Below, one piece after another: positions 9,135 to 19,229 of a stretch of DNA of 64,000 bases. Positions within the stretch are counted from its first letter, which is position 1, and every line of letters begins with the position of its first letter. The notes under the pieces are model-generated. The model made no database searches. It worked only from the letters and a program-made list of their open reading frames with translations, and was not told where the DNA came from. The stretch is from assembly GCA_902802365.1 (NCBI GenBank), contig CADCLZ010000001.1, positions 11,393 through 75,392 of the forward strand, in the 5' to 3' direction. A program made the translations under genes and the position numbers. The DNA comes from an uncultured Erysipelotrichaceae bacterium. Lineage in GTDB: Bacteria; Bacillota_I; Bacilli_A; RFN20; CAG-826.

Positions 9135-9535
9135 TACTGAGAAATGGCAAGGACAGTACTGCCCTTGCCATTTTCTCTCGCCGAGGCGGCCGGCACCGGG
9201 AGCCTTACCGGCGCGGCGAGGAGATAGTCGCGAACTCGGCTGACGTCATCTTGCCAAGGCCCGTCTGCGGCCTCCAGTTGTTGCAGTAGTCTATGTAGTC
9301 GGAGGCCTCGACCACCACATCGTCGAAGGTGCGGCACCTTCTAAGGTGCATCTCGTCCTTGGTGTGCCCGAAGAAGGACTCCATAGGAGCGTTGTCCCAG
9401 CAGTTGCCCCTTCTTGACATTCGGGTTTGTCATCAGGGCGGCGACCTGCTCGTCGGTCAGCAATTTGCTGGACATAAGAAAACCCCGATCAAAGTGTAAT
9501 CGGAGGCAATCTTGATGTCAGGCGTTTTTCCAAGA
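9135..9535 (-). mobile_element. Internally deleted IS3-family element: orfA start fused to orfB tail
   Basis: Minus strand reads MSSKLLTDEQVAALM... then shifts to ...RRGNCWDNAPMESFFGHTKDE...DYIDYCNNWRPQTGLG (IS3 OrfB C-terminus). Terminal sequence TGGAAAAACGCCTGACATCAAG at 9534 (reverse complement). About 60% GC. Low-coordinate boundary uncertain. Confidence 0.55.
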
Positions 9536-10630
9536 CTATTCCAGCCCTTCGTTAAACCGAGACAATTTTCGTTTTAGCCTTTTTTGAACCAGTCCAAGGA
9601 AGTGGCCCCTAAACAAATGAACATACTTTGCGATTTTATAAGCATTGGTTTCAGCAAGCAACAAGGGGCTTCGAGAGATTTTAAGGCGCAGATCATCAAC
9701 AAGCTTTTTTCTTTCTGCGCCTTCTTTAGCTAGAATGATATGTCTATATCTTGCCGCACATGCAAATGCAACCCATTTCGTTAAAAGCTTAAAATTTTGG
9801 GAATTAGAATTCTCGAGTTCTTCGAAGAACAGAGAGAGCATATCTTCAAGACATAGTTTGCTGTCCTCTTCGTGCTTTGCATAACCGCTAAACGAGACGC
9901 TTTGCCCCGGAACGCCTATGCTATAGATGTAAGTTGGATGCTCAAAATAAGAGAAAGTTTTAATAAAAGGAATCGGAAAAACGCAATATTCTTGATCTTC
10001 ATAAAATACCTGCTCTCTAACTTTGATATTGTTGTTTTTCCAAAAAGTTGTTTTATATGTCAAGGAGTGGAGTTGGAATAAGAAGTCGTTTAAGTTTGGC
10101 TCCTTTACGGCCCCACCGGCTGTCTTGCGTACCGCCGAAACTCTGCTTGTTTTACCTGTGTTAACAAAAAAATGTTCGAAATCTGAAAAAACAACGTCTG
10201 CATCACAATCTTTAAGGAAAAGCAAGAAATCCGAAAGGGAGTCCATAGGAATGGCATCGTCTCCGTCAATAACTTTGAAATACCTCCCTTTCGCTGCGGC
10301 AACACCAACATTAATGGCCGAGCCGTGGCCTCCGTTTTTTTTATGAATGACTTTGCAAAAAGAAGAAAAGCGGAAACACAGTTCATCTAGCAATTGGCCT
10401 GTCTTCCCATCGGTAGAGCCGTCGTCTATAAAAATGAGTTCGTATTCATTAGAACAGCGGAGATTTAAAAATTTTTCAGTATAAGAGGGTATAAATTTTG
10501 CCGTGTTAAAAGAAGGCACTATGAGACTTAGCTGAATTTCGTCTTCATGGGGTAACATTTCTTCCATATAAGGAATTATACCAGCGGCGAACGGAAAAGA
10601 ACTTGCCAATTGACCTAGATTGATGCTCAA
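9536..10630 (-). CDS. Family 2 glycosyltransferase
   Basis: LSLIVPSFN...IFIDDGSTDGK...VIDGDD GT-A motifs. True start probably M22 (MEEMLPHE, 10567). Stop abuts the IS3 remnant end. Confidence 0.8.
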   Translation of the reverse strand: MSINLGQLASSFPFAAGIIPYMEEMLPHEDEIQLSLIVPSFNTAKFIPSYTEKFLNLRCSNEYELIFIDDGSTDGKTGQLLDELCFRFSSFCKVIHKKNGGHGSAINVGVAAAKGRYFKVIDGDDAIPMDSLSDFLLFLKDCDADVVFSDFEHFFVNTGKTSRVSAVRKTAGGAVKEPNLNDFLFQLHSLTYKTTFWKNNNIKVREQVFYEDQEYCVFPIPFIKTFSYFEHPTYIYSIGVPGQSVSFSGYAKHEEDSKLCLEDMLSLFFEELENSNSQNFKLLTKWVAFACAARYRHIILAKEGAERKKLVDDLRLKISRSPLLLAETNAYKIAKYVHLFRGHFLGLVQKRLKRKLSRFNEGLE

Positions 10631-10669
10631 AAATAATAATCGCTCAGTAAACTGGACCCCGTAATTCGG

Positions 10670-10765
10670 ACAGTCTTGAAAAAACGCCTGACATCAAGAT
10701 TGCCTCCGATTACACTTTGATCGGAGTTTTCTTATGTCCAGCAAATTGCTGACCGACGAGCAGGT
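10670..10765 (+). repeat. 92-bp inverted repeat of the IS3-family left end (partner at 9441..9537)
   Basis: Reverse complement of 9441-9537 matches 10670-10765 with 1-2 mismatches. Includes TGAAAAAACGCCTGACATC and the first 12 orfA codons (MSSKLLTDEQVA). Confidence 0.8.
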
Positions 10766-11740
10766 CGCCTCGACGAAGAAGGTTATTTTCCCCTCTTGTG
10801 AGAGGCCGTTCAGGTGTGTCTCGAACACGAGCCAGTCGAGGAAAGGCTGGACGTTCTTCGTCAGCATCTCGATGTGGACGGCGAATTTCCTCTGGATCGA
10901 CGAATGGAAGGAGTTTATGGGCTGCGTGGCCGCGAATGACCCTGGATCCGTCGATTTTCATATCTCCTAGGGGCCGGCGTTCCATTCGGCGAACCTCCCG
11001 TGGCCCATGAAACCGTGACGGACGATGCGCGACCCCCTTTCTATGCGGGAGGAATAGACACGAAGGCATTTCGCCCCCCGCGGATGACCCTTCCCGGCAG
11101 CCTCGGCGAAGCGGTTGCCGGAATCGTCCACGGCCGCGCATATCGCGACCTGGTTCCTGAATATGCCCCTCAGCTTCCTGCCTCCCCGCAGGATGAGTCT
11201 AGAGGCGTTGACGGGGACGAAGGTCTCGCCAAGCCAAACCTTGCCGGAGAGCCTCGCATCCAGGACGAATCGCGAGGGACGTAGACCGTGCGGCTGGAAA
11301 GCCCCGCGACGTTGCATATCTACTCCTCGAGGCAATCCTCGAACGTCATCGAAAGAAGGAGTCTTATCTCGCCGTCGGGGAGCTTGCATGACGAGAAGCG
11401 TGTCCCCGTCCGGTCGCCGAATCAAGGATTCTGGCAGGAGGGGTTGAGGCATTTCCACTTCCGCGACCCGCCCCCCTCTTACCGTTCTTGGCGATCCGTT
11501 CGCTACCACATCTCGGGCATCGGGCCGGCCCGTCTTTGAACCTGAGCATAAAAACTCATTTGGGATGGAGTTCGGGCGGCAGTCGCCCAAAGGAGTCGCC
11601 AGACAATCGCTTCATCGACGGCCGCGCGAACCTTGGATTATCTGGCACGGATATTATAAAACGGCATTCGGTTTTGTTCGAATGCCATCAGTCACTTTGT
11701 AAATACTCCTTTCAACTATTGTGATCACCAAAACAGGGCA
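10676..11740 (+). mobile_element. Decayed, 3'-truncated IS3-family copy (GC-rich, multiple frameshifts)
   Basis: Starts with IS left end plus orfA start. Then about 1 kb of roughly 60% GC with only broken frames. Faint OrfB-like traces (IQDESRGT, SPNQGFW). No intact ORF. Confidence 0.35.
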
Positions 11741-11777
11741 ACGAGAAGTCAAAGACTGAAAAAATCGAATAAGTGCA

Positions 11778-13058
11778 TTAAAATGCCGCTTTGACTTCAT
11801 GTTCTTTAATGATTTGTGTGGGGTTTTCTTTTTTTTGCAAAAAGTCTTTTTTCTTTTTGGCCACTTTACTAAGAGGGTGATTCATCAAAAAAGAATTTAA
11901 AACCCCATAATTAAACAAGGTGTATACGGAGTTGATGTTCGCGAAGTATGCCTCGACAAAAATGGAGAGGAGGAACGGCAACAAAAAGGAAAAGTATGCA
12001 ATCTGTGCTTTTCTTTGAAGAGAAAAGCCTTTCTTAAAAAACCGATAGGCGAACATTAAATATCCCACATACCCAAGAAACCCGTTTTTAATAAGAATGT
12101 TCAGCAAAGGCAATTCCACCGTTCCATCCCACCCTATTACTGACCGAACGTTTTCTGAATAAGGGCGGCTGCTATTTCCAAAAGCCATCTCGGCATTGCC
12201 GAAAAACAAATGAAACAAATCGCCTTTAGTATAATTGAGATAGTTGGTTAAGCCGCGAACACGATATCCGAATGTGGAACTTATAGAGCCTAAAACGAAA
12301 GACAGCAGCATTCCTAAAAAGCACACGAACACAATCCATAACACCAATTTTCCTTTTTCCTTTCTTTTTGGAAGCAAGCAAAATCTCCTGACCAGCAAGA
12401 AGATCAATAGCATAAGGATTGCGCCCCTGCTATTAGAGAGCAAAAGGAGCGTAATAGAAATTATGACTCCAAAGATATTTGATTTTTTTTTGCACCGATC
12501 AAACGTCTTGATTAAGCAAACCGAGGAGATTAACGTGGTATAACCAAATAGATTTTTATACTGCATACCAAAGGATAAATCAAAGCCAAGGCTAAAACCT
12601 TCAACGCTGAGAACATAGATTGGGTCATCTAGGACCAGGGCTAAAATAAGACAGGCAAACGACCCAAAGAAAGTCGACCACCCAATAATGAAAAAACAAT
12701 TTTTGGTTTGGAATAGTTCATTACCAGAAAGCGCGAAAATAAAAAGAAGGAGCATGGAGATTATCAAACGGGCTTTAACAACCAAAACTAAAGTTTGCAT
12801 CATTATTCCTAGGCAAAAAGAAACGAGAATGACGGCGCCATATATAAAATGATTTTTAATGTCCTGGAAGCGATTGCGCTTGTGCCAAAAGAAGCACCCA
12901 GCAAGCAAAATTCCCAGGCCAAGGTATTCGATGATGGTGGAATATCCGAGTTTTTCCAAAGATGTCGACTGTGAGATGGTTAAAAGGAAAAAGGAAAGGC
13001 CCAACCAAAAGCCTTTTGGTCGGGCGCGAGAGTTTACAGTAAATTCATTATTTTCCAA
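11778..13058 (-). CDS. O-antigen polymerase/ligase family (Wzy-like) polytopic membrane protein
   Basis: 10+ predicted TM segments. SNSRGAILMLLIFLL Wzy_C-like motif. Low GC, sits in the polysaccharide locus. Confidence 0.65.
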   Translation of the reverse strand: MENNEFTVNSRARPKGFWLGLSFFLLTISQSTSLEKLGYSTIIEYLGLGILLAGCFFWHKRNRFQDIKNHFIYGAVILVSFCLGIMMQTLVLVVKARLIISMLLLFIFALSGNELFQTKNCFFIIGWSTFFGSFACLILALVLDDPIYVLSVEGFSLGFDLSFGMQYKNLFGYTTLISSVCLIKTFDRCKKKSNIFGVIISITLLLLSNSRGAILMLLIFLLVRRFCLLPKRKEKGKLVLWIVFVCFLGMLLSFVLGSISSTFGYRVRGLTNYLNYTKGDLFHLFFGNAEMAFGNSSRPYSENVRSVIGWDGTVELPLLNILIKNGFLGYVGYLMFAYRFFKKGFSLQRKAQIAYFSFLLPFLLSIFVEAYFANINSVYTLFNYGVLNSFLMNHPLSKVAKKKKDFLQKKENPTQIIKEHEVKAAF

Positions 13059-13065
13059 ACTCGAT

Positions 13066-14064
13066 TTATCCTTCCCTTTTCATTCTATATTCAATCATTG
13101 CGCGAATGGTGTCTTCCAACGCTATTGTTTGTTTCCACCCAGTGTCTTGGACTAGTTTCGAAACATCTCCCCAAATTACCTTTTCATCTGTTGGGCGAAG
13201 CAATTTTGGGTCGGTTTCACATACAATTGCCGTGTTAAGAGCCTTTTCGATGGCTTTCACAATATCTCTACCCGTTACAGTTTTCTGTGCGCAAATGTTG
13301 TACACATCACCCCAGGTCCCTTTTTCGGAAAGCAACAGCAAGGCCGAAATTAAGTCTTGGCAATCTTGAATGGCGCGATGACTATCCAAGTTTCCAACTA
13401 ATATATGGCAAGGGTTGTCTCCGCGTTTAAAAGATTTGATTGCCCGACTCACAAAATCACTACAAACATCGTTTACCTTTCTTGCGCCGGTTGTATTAAA
13501 AATGCGGGCCCTAATAACACGGATTTTGTCATTAGCAAAATATTGATAAGACAGCAAGTCCTGACACACCTTACTAACTCCATAAGGGTGGAGCGGCAAT
13601 AGTTCTGCGGATTCTTTGATTTTTTCACCTGCGGGAAGTTTTTCAAAAGAAGAGCCATACTCAGCGCTGGAGCAAGCCACCACTACAACAGGATCATAAG
13701 AAGGGTCAAAGTGTTTGCGAATGAATTTAATGCTCTCAAATATTGAAACGGTTCCATTGGCGTTAGTATCAAACGTCGCAAATGGCTGATCCCAAGAAAC
13801 GGTAGGATAGCTTTGCGCTGCCAAGTGAAAGATTCGCGATGGCCGAAATTCAATCATTATATTAAGTACATTCTGCCAGTACCGAACATCGCATTGAATT
13901 AAACGAATTTTCGAAGGTATCTCTTCTATATCTACGGTTGGCTTATAGTAAGTTCCGACTACGTCCAAACCTTGGTTCCAAAGAACTTCGACCATGTGAG
14001 AGCCGACCATGCCCCCCGCACCAGTTACCAGCACTTTTTCCTTTTGCATATTAATGCCCTCCAT
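13066..14064 (-). CDS. NAD-dependent epimerase/dehydratase (SDR) acting on a nucleotide sugar
   Basis: VLVTGAGGMVGSH Rossmann motif. SSAEYG...Y..SK catalytic triad region. Probable start at M6 (14049). Confidence 0.8.
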   Translation of the reverse strand: MEGINMQKEKVLVTGAGGMVGSHMVEVLWNQGLDVVGTYYKPTVDIEEIPSKIRLIQCDVRYWQNVLNIMIEFRPSRIFHLAAQSYPTVSWDQPFATFDTNANGTVSIFESIKFIRKHFDPSYDPVVVVACSSAEYGSSFEKLPAGEKIKESAELLPLHPYGVSKVCQDLLSYQYFANDKIRVIRARIFNTTGARKVNDVCSDFVSRAIKSFKRGDNPCHILVGNLDSHRAIQDCQDLISALLLLSEKGTWGDVYNICAQKTVTGRDIVKAIEKALNTAIVCETDPKLLRPTDEKVIWGDVSKLVQDTGWKQTIALEDTIRAMIEYRMKREG

Positions 14065-15181
14065 TAATGGCGCTTATAATCGCCATCGCCTTCTTTTCTA
14101 AGCTAAAATCTTGACGCCCTATATCGTATGAAATTTGGCCCATCTTTTCTAAGGAGGTTTTTGAATCCGCCAAGAGAGAAATTGCCTGAGCTAAGCTTTT
14201 GGCGTCGCCAGAGTGGAAAACATAGCCGTTTTCTCCGTCTCGCACTCCATCGCTTAAATTTCCTTCATCGCTAACAACTAAAGCCTTTTTATAATGAAAA
14301 GCCAGCTGTTCGACTCCGCTTTGCGTAACTTCTAAATAAGGCAAGCAAACAACGTCGGACGAATTAAAAAACCACTTTTCTTCATCGTCTGGAATGTATG
14401 AAAAAACGAAAGAATAGCTATTTGGCAAAAGCTTATTTTTTGCCAGCGCTTCAATTTCGTTCGGAGAATAATCCCTCAAACTGCCAGCAACTAAAAGGAA
14501 GATCGATTTGTTTTGTGTTTGTGCTTCCCCCACCCCTTCGATCAATAAGGGAAGCCCTTTAGATTTTCGAATTGTCCCGTAGAGCAAAAAAACGGTGGCG
14601 TCTCGGGGGATTCCCAGTCTTTTCCGTGCCTCCTTCTGATCGGCAAGGACCGCATTAGAAACCGAGCCGAACGCGCAACCAACGTAATAAATAGGGCTCT
14701 TGACTTTCGGGTAAAACTTGCCGAAGTCAATCATTGCTTTTTTGGATTGAATAAAAATGCCAGATGCATAGTTGTAAATCTTTGATAGGGCGCTCATTTG
14801 GAAAGGTTTTTTATTAAAGGGAATTAAATCGTGCAATAAAATGTATACTCGAGAGGAAGCCGCCATTTGTTTTACAAATTTCCATTCAATCCAAGGCACA
14901 CAAAACCACTGCAAAATAACTGCGCAGTACGATTCTTTTTTTATATAAGCAACCAACTCTTTTGTGCTTCTTAAATATTTGCGGGTTTTAGAAAAAATGT
15001 TTCCTCTAAAAACATCGTGAAAGCCCGTTATTATTTGCTCGGGAGAATACCGCTTTAAATCCAATGTGTGATCGTCGCTCAAGAAAACCGAAGTTGAAAC
15101 AAGGCGATTCATTTCCTCGGCCAGCTCAATAGAATCTCGCCCAACGGTTTTAGCGAATTGCTCAACAAGAAGTATTTTCAT
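14051..15181 (-). CDS. GT4-type (family 1 fold, GT-B) glycosyltransferase
   Basis: C-terminal GT-B sugar-donor domain with E-x7-E-like region (YGTIRKSKGLPLLIEG...FLLVAGS...PS..E). Confidence 0.8.
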   Translation of the reverse strand: MKILLVEQFAKTVGRDSIELAEEMNRLVSTSVFLSDDHTLDLKRYSPEQIITGFHDVFRGNIFSKTRKYLRSTKELVAYIKKESYCAVILQWFCVPWIEWKFVKQMAASSRVYILLHDLIPFNKKPFQMSALSKIYNYASGIFIQSKKAMIDFGKFYPKVKSPIYYVGCAFGSVSNAVLADQKEARKRLGIPRDATVFLLYGTIRKSKGLPLLIEGVGEAQTQNKSIFLLVAGSLRDYSPNEIEALAKNKLLPNSYSFVFSYIPDDEEKWFFNSSDVVCLPYLEVTQSGVEQLAFHYKKALVVSDEGNLSDGVRDGENGYVFHSGDAKSLAQAISLLADSKTSLEKMGQISYDIGRQDFSLEKKAMAIISAINGGH

Positions 15182-15255
15182 AAGAAATAAATTATAATAA
15201 TTTATCGTTTAAAAGGAAATATCGGAGGCCTGGGCGTACCAAAACAAGCAGAGAA

Positions 15256-16002
15256 TCAGAAGAAAAAGGTAGACGGGCCGGAAAAATGATAGTCTAAGTC
15301 TTTGCGTCTCTCTCCGATCTGCTTTGCAGGAATACCTCCATATATTCCGAAAGGCTTCAGTTCTTTTGTTGCTATGGCTCCGGCGGCTAATACGGATCCC
15401 TCTCCAATTACAACCCCAGGCAAAACTATGGTGTTTGCGCTGATCCACGCTCGACTGCCAATAGACACCCTTTTGTAATCCCCTTCGAATGAGGTGGAAT
15501 TGACAAAGTGCTGAGCCGTGTAAATCGAAGCACGCGAAGAAAAGTTCACGTCCTCCCCTATGACCAATCCTCCTCTGCCATCGAGAATGCAATCATCGCC
15601 AACAATCGTCCGAGCGCCAATAGAGATTCTAAAACCCCCTCTAATTTCAACCCCTTTGTGTATTGCCACTTTTTTCCCTATGTGCATGTGAAATACTCCC
15701 CGATATAAGGCTACACGAAGCCAATTGGCGGGAATGTGGGAAAAAAACAAGGACAAGGATTTATAAATCCCATCATAACAGCTTCGGAGAACACGCTTAA
15801 AAGAGGATTCTGCTTTGCTTAAAGAATCAACGAAAGACGAGGCCTTTTTTTGAGTCTTCAACATTTTCTTTTTTCTTCCTTCGACCAACGAGACGGCGCA
15901 GCACGCCGCAATTAAGCAAAGCGAAAAAAATGCCAAGAACGCCAAAACAGTAAGTGCAAAGATATAAGCTAACATTTCCATAAAAATTAAGAATCTTTCC
16001 AA
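15256..16002 (-). CDS. Hexapeptide-repeat sugar O-acetyltransferase (WcaF/NodL-like) with N-terminal TM segment
   Basis: Left-handed beta-helix repeats (VAIHKGVEIRGGFRISIGARTIVGDDCILDG...IGEDVNF...IGSRAWISANTIVLPGVVIGEGSVLAAGAI). Alternative start M47 (15864). Confidence 0.75.
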   Translation of the reverse strand: MERFLIFMEMLAYIFALTVLAFLAFFSLCLIAACCAVSLVEGRKKKMLKTQKKASSFVDSLSKAESSFKRVLRSCYDGIYKSLSLFFSHIPANWLRVALYRGVFHMHIGKKVAIHKGVEIRGGFRISIGARTIVGDDCILDGRGGLVIGEDVNFSSRASIYTAQHFVNSTSFEGDYKRVSIGSRAWISANTIVLPGVVIGEGSVLAAGAIATKELKPFGIYGGIPAKQIGERRKDLDYHFSGPSTFFF

Positions 16003-16035
16003 AATATCTTAGCAGTAATTGAAAATAAAAAAATA

Positions 16036-16765
16036 GATGACGCTATGCGGTACATTCGCATTTGTTAGTTTCCAGATGATGTATTACATCTTTGCATGAA
16101 TGCTTTGGGGCATCGGATCTCACCGTTTTCCTCATAGAGTTTGTGACCTGACCTTCCAGTTCTGCATCGTCGGGCGATTTGAAACCGAGGATCTGCTTGG
16201 GCATTTTGTTGTATCTCAGGTTCCATCGCCTGCCTTGCTCCCTCAGGTCCTTCGGGGAATGGAACCTGAGGTGACTATAGAACTTCTCCCGATCGGCCCG
16301 ATGGCTCCTCTCCAACCTGTCGTTGTGCTTCGGGGTCCTCGGGCATATGAACTTATGCCCGCTCCCGTTAGGCTCGAGGAAGGGCTCGAGGATGTTCGGA
16401 TAATCGCGCCCGTGCCTTGACTTTTCCTTCCTGAAGGCCCTATCCGAGAACTCGCTCCCGTCGAACCTTTTGAGCCAACGGAGAAGGCTCATCCTGGAGA
16501 CGTGATAATACGAGCATATTTTCCTGACGGGGCGTTTTGAGACGATCCCCCTGAGGCAGCATTGACACCTCATCTCCAAATCGTGGGGCGATCTCGCCCC
16601 CTCTTTTCATGGGCAGATCCCTCCCTGGTGGTTATGAGTAAACTCATTATAGGGCCCTGCCTTTTCCCTTCGTCGAAAAATCCCCCGACCGGGGGATCGG
16701 ATTATAGATGTGGATTATGTATCACATCATGTGAGTTAGTACAGGTGACGCTGTGCGGTACATCC
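16036..16765 (-). mobile_element. IS481/IS3-like DDE transposase remnant (internally deleted mini-element) bounded by 24-bp direct semi-palindromic repeats
   Basis: ORF 16043..16579 has an HTH (VSRMSLLRWLKRFDGS) joined directly to the DDE C-terminal tail (HNDRLERSHRADREKFYSH...RYNKMP). Disrupted N-terminal fragment upstream. TGACGCTATGCGGTACATTCGCAT (16036) and TGACGCTGTGCGGTACATCCGCAT (16743) flank it. About 55% GC. Confidence 0.5.
16043..16579 (-). pseudogene. Truncated DDE transposase (IS481-like)
   Basis: 178 aa against about 330-400 expected. Catalytic core missing. Confidence 0.55.
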
Positions 16766-16896
16766 GCATGAAAAAACGAGAATTTATTAACACAAATTCA
16801 AGTTTTAAAGTTGGTGGTTGCGGCGAATCGCTTTTTTCCCTATTCGAATCCTTTTCCTTGGATACAAACGAGAGTGAGCACAAGAGGCAACCGCAA

Positions 16897-17799
16897 TTAC
16901 CATTTTGCGAGGAAAGTGAGTGGAGAACCAAAGCATAAGGTGCTTCTTCTTCGACGGCAAAAAGGGATCGAGCGGGCGATCATACCAAGGGGAATCGGGT
17001 GGCGATCGCCTTCCTGCCAAGGGCGAGTCGCGGAAAGAAAAACGGGGGTAAAATGGACTATAGCGGGATCCGATACGGCTTCTTGATAAGCCTCTTTACT
17101 GCAATGGTATTCTGGTTTTCGCAAGCGAAGTATTTCTTCAAAAGAGCAATCGAAAAAGATTCGTTGTGCATTATATTTAGGAGGGATCTCTTTTATTTCT
17201 CCTTTAGGACCAAGTACCCCATTAAGAACGCCTTGATCAACATAGGTAACGTCCCCTTCGCGAATTCTGATATAGCGAATCATCTCTCCGAAAGGATCGT
17301 TGATACGAAGCCTCTCCAGATTTAAAACCAGAACGCCATTGTTTATATAAACTTTTCCGGGTTGTGAACCTGCATCGATTCTATATAAATTGCATCTACA
17401 ATCATCTGCCCCCGCAACCATCGCGTCTTCCATGGGCATTTCTTCAAGCGGGCGCAAAGATTTGCGAATTAAGGTATCGCAATCAAGGTAGATTGCTCTT
17501 TTTTCCTCGGGAGGCAACATTCTATGCAAAAACAAACGAAAAAAGGTGGCGATGTTCCATTGCCCGGTTTTAATGTGGACTTGAGCTTCTTTTTCTAAAT
17601 TAGGCGGTGGCAAAAAAACAATATTTCTTTTATATCGGACGCCAACTTGCTCAAGTTTGCGTTTGTTTTCTTCACAAATCCCATTGTCCACGATATAGAC
17701 TCGTAGATTCTCTTCTCTTTCGTTTGCGGCGAGAGCGGACAATAAAGAAACCCCACAAATTGGCGCATAAGAATCACTGCTAGCATACACGATATTCAT
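16897..17799 (-). CDS. Family 8 glycosyltransferase (LPS alpha-1,3-glycosyltransferase-like)
   Basis: MNIVYASSDSYAP...YLDCDTLI...NNGVLVLNL GT8 motifs. Confidence 0.8.
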   Translation of the reverse strand: MNIVYASSDSYAPICGVSLLSALAANEREENLRVYIVDNGICEENKRKLEQVGVRYKRNIVFLPPPNLEKEAQVHIKTGQWNIATFFRLFLHRMLPPEEKRAIYLDCDTLIRKSLRPLEEMPMEDAMVAGADDCRCNLYRIDAGSQPGKVYINNGVLVLNLERLRINDPFGEMIRYIRIREGDVTYVDQGVLNGVLGPKGEIKEIPPKYNAQRIFFDCSFEEILRLRKPEYHCSKEAYQEAVSDPAIVHFTPVFLSATRPWQEGDRHPIPLGMIARSIPFCRRRRSTLCFGSPLTFLAKW

Positions 17800-17911
17800 T
17801 GGTTAAGTATTTGAGGATCCCGTTGATTTTACATCATATCAAATGAGACCAATATATTTTTTTATTTTCTCTTAACGACCCCATTTGTTAAACTCTAGGG
17901 AGGCACAAATA

Positions 17912-18961
17912 ATGACAGTAGGCCAAAAACGGTATCCAAGCGTATCTATATTGATATCGGATTATAACAAAGGCGAAAAAGTGAAGCGAAATCTAGATGC
18001 TTTGCTTATGCAAAATTACCCTAATTTTAGGATTTTAATCCTCGATAATGGTTCATCCGATAATACTTCCAAAATACTTTCTGAATACAAAGATGCGCGA
18101 ATCTCGCTTTTTAGACTGGAAAAAAACTGTGGGGCGGCTGGCGGAAACCAGTTTTTATTAGAGCGAGTCGCCACAGATTATTTTATGTACATCGACGCCG
18201 ATGATTGGTTAATTGGCGAAGAAGCTATAGCCAATTTTGTTGAAAGCGCCTTATCCCACGATGCGGACATGACTTTTTTGCGACATAAAATATATAAAAA
18301 TGAAAACGATGTTTCTGCCGCAGCATTCAAGGGGTCCAAAGAGAATGTTTTTGTAGGAAAAGATTTAATAAAATACGTCCTAGACCCACAATGCCTGTAT
18401 CCCACCACTCGCCTTTTTGGGTCTGAAGATTTGGGCACTCATTGGGGGGTGTTAATAAAAACCTCTTCTGTTCGAGTCAACGGGGCGTTAGTAAAACACG
18501 ATTGGGAGCTTTATTCGGTAGGGGTTTTTGAAGATTTCCTTTTCATTTGCAAATGTCTAAAAGCTGTCAAGAAATGCTGCGTGATCGATAAATTTGCATA
18601 TATGTTAAACCGCGAGGGAGAGAGCACCACTGCCAACGGATCGGATAAAAGTTATATCAGAAACGAGACTTTTATCTCTCTCGGAGAGATTTGGAAAAAT
18701 ATCAGCGATTTAGATAGTGAGACGAGAACCGCTTTTGCTTACTTCTTTTCACAATTATTCCCTTTTTGCTTAGACGCCTCAAATCTAAAAGAGTTCAGGC
18801 AACTATTTCGTTCTTATAAAAAAGCCCCCTTCTTTTCTGAAGCGAAGAAACTCGTTTTAAAATCAAGAGCTTTGAAATCCAGGAAAAAGGCCATGCTGAA
18901 GCATCCATATGCGGCTTATTTTTATAAAAAGCTGAGAAAAAAGGCTTCTCATAAACAATAA
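17912..18961 (+). CDS. Family 2 glycosyltransferase
   Basis: VSILISDYN...ILILDNGSSD...YIDADD. GGGAGG 9 nt upstream of ATG 17912. The ORF-track start 17885 lacks an RBS. Confidence 0.8.
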   Translation: MTVGQKRYPSVSILISDYNKGEKVKRNLDALLMQNYPNFRILILDNGSSDNTSKILSEYKDARISLFRLEKNCGAAGGNQFLLERVATDYFMYIDADDWLIGEEAIANFVESALSHDADMTFLRHKIYKNENDVSAAAFKGSKENVFVGKDLIKYVLDPQCLYPTTRLFGSEDLGTHWGVLIKTSSVRVNGALVKHDWELYSVGVFEDFLFICKCLKAVKKCCVIDKFAYMLNREGESTTANGSDKSYIRNETFISLGEIWKNISDLDSETRTAFAYFFSQLFPFCLDASNLKEFRQLFRSYKKAPFFSEAKKLVLKSRALKSRKKAMLKHPYAAYFYKKLRKKASHKQ

Positions 18962-19229
18962 ACGCCATCCGAGCCCTTAACTTTCTTTCACATGGTCGGA
19001 TGATTTTTGGGCATGAAAAAACATGGAAAGTTTCATCTCTCGTTTATCTTTTGAGAAGGAGCGAACCCTTTAACTTTTTAAAAAAGGCTGAAGCGATTCG
19101 TGAATCAAGCCTATGAACAATTTTTGTGGCATAAAGAAGGTTTTTGCACGCCGCGCTTCAAAGTTGATGTGCTTTTCAACCGAATGTTAAGTATGATACT
19201 TTCGTTCTTCCATAAGGAGGCTTTCAAAA

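Noticed and set aside
10967-11590. 207-aa Arg/Gly-rich minus-strand ORF
   Set aside because: Lies in the 60% GC decayed IS tract. The composition is typical of spurious ORFs in GC-rich non-coding DNA.
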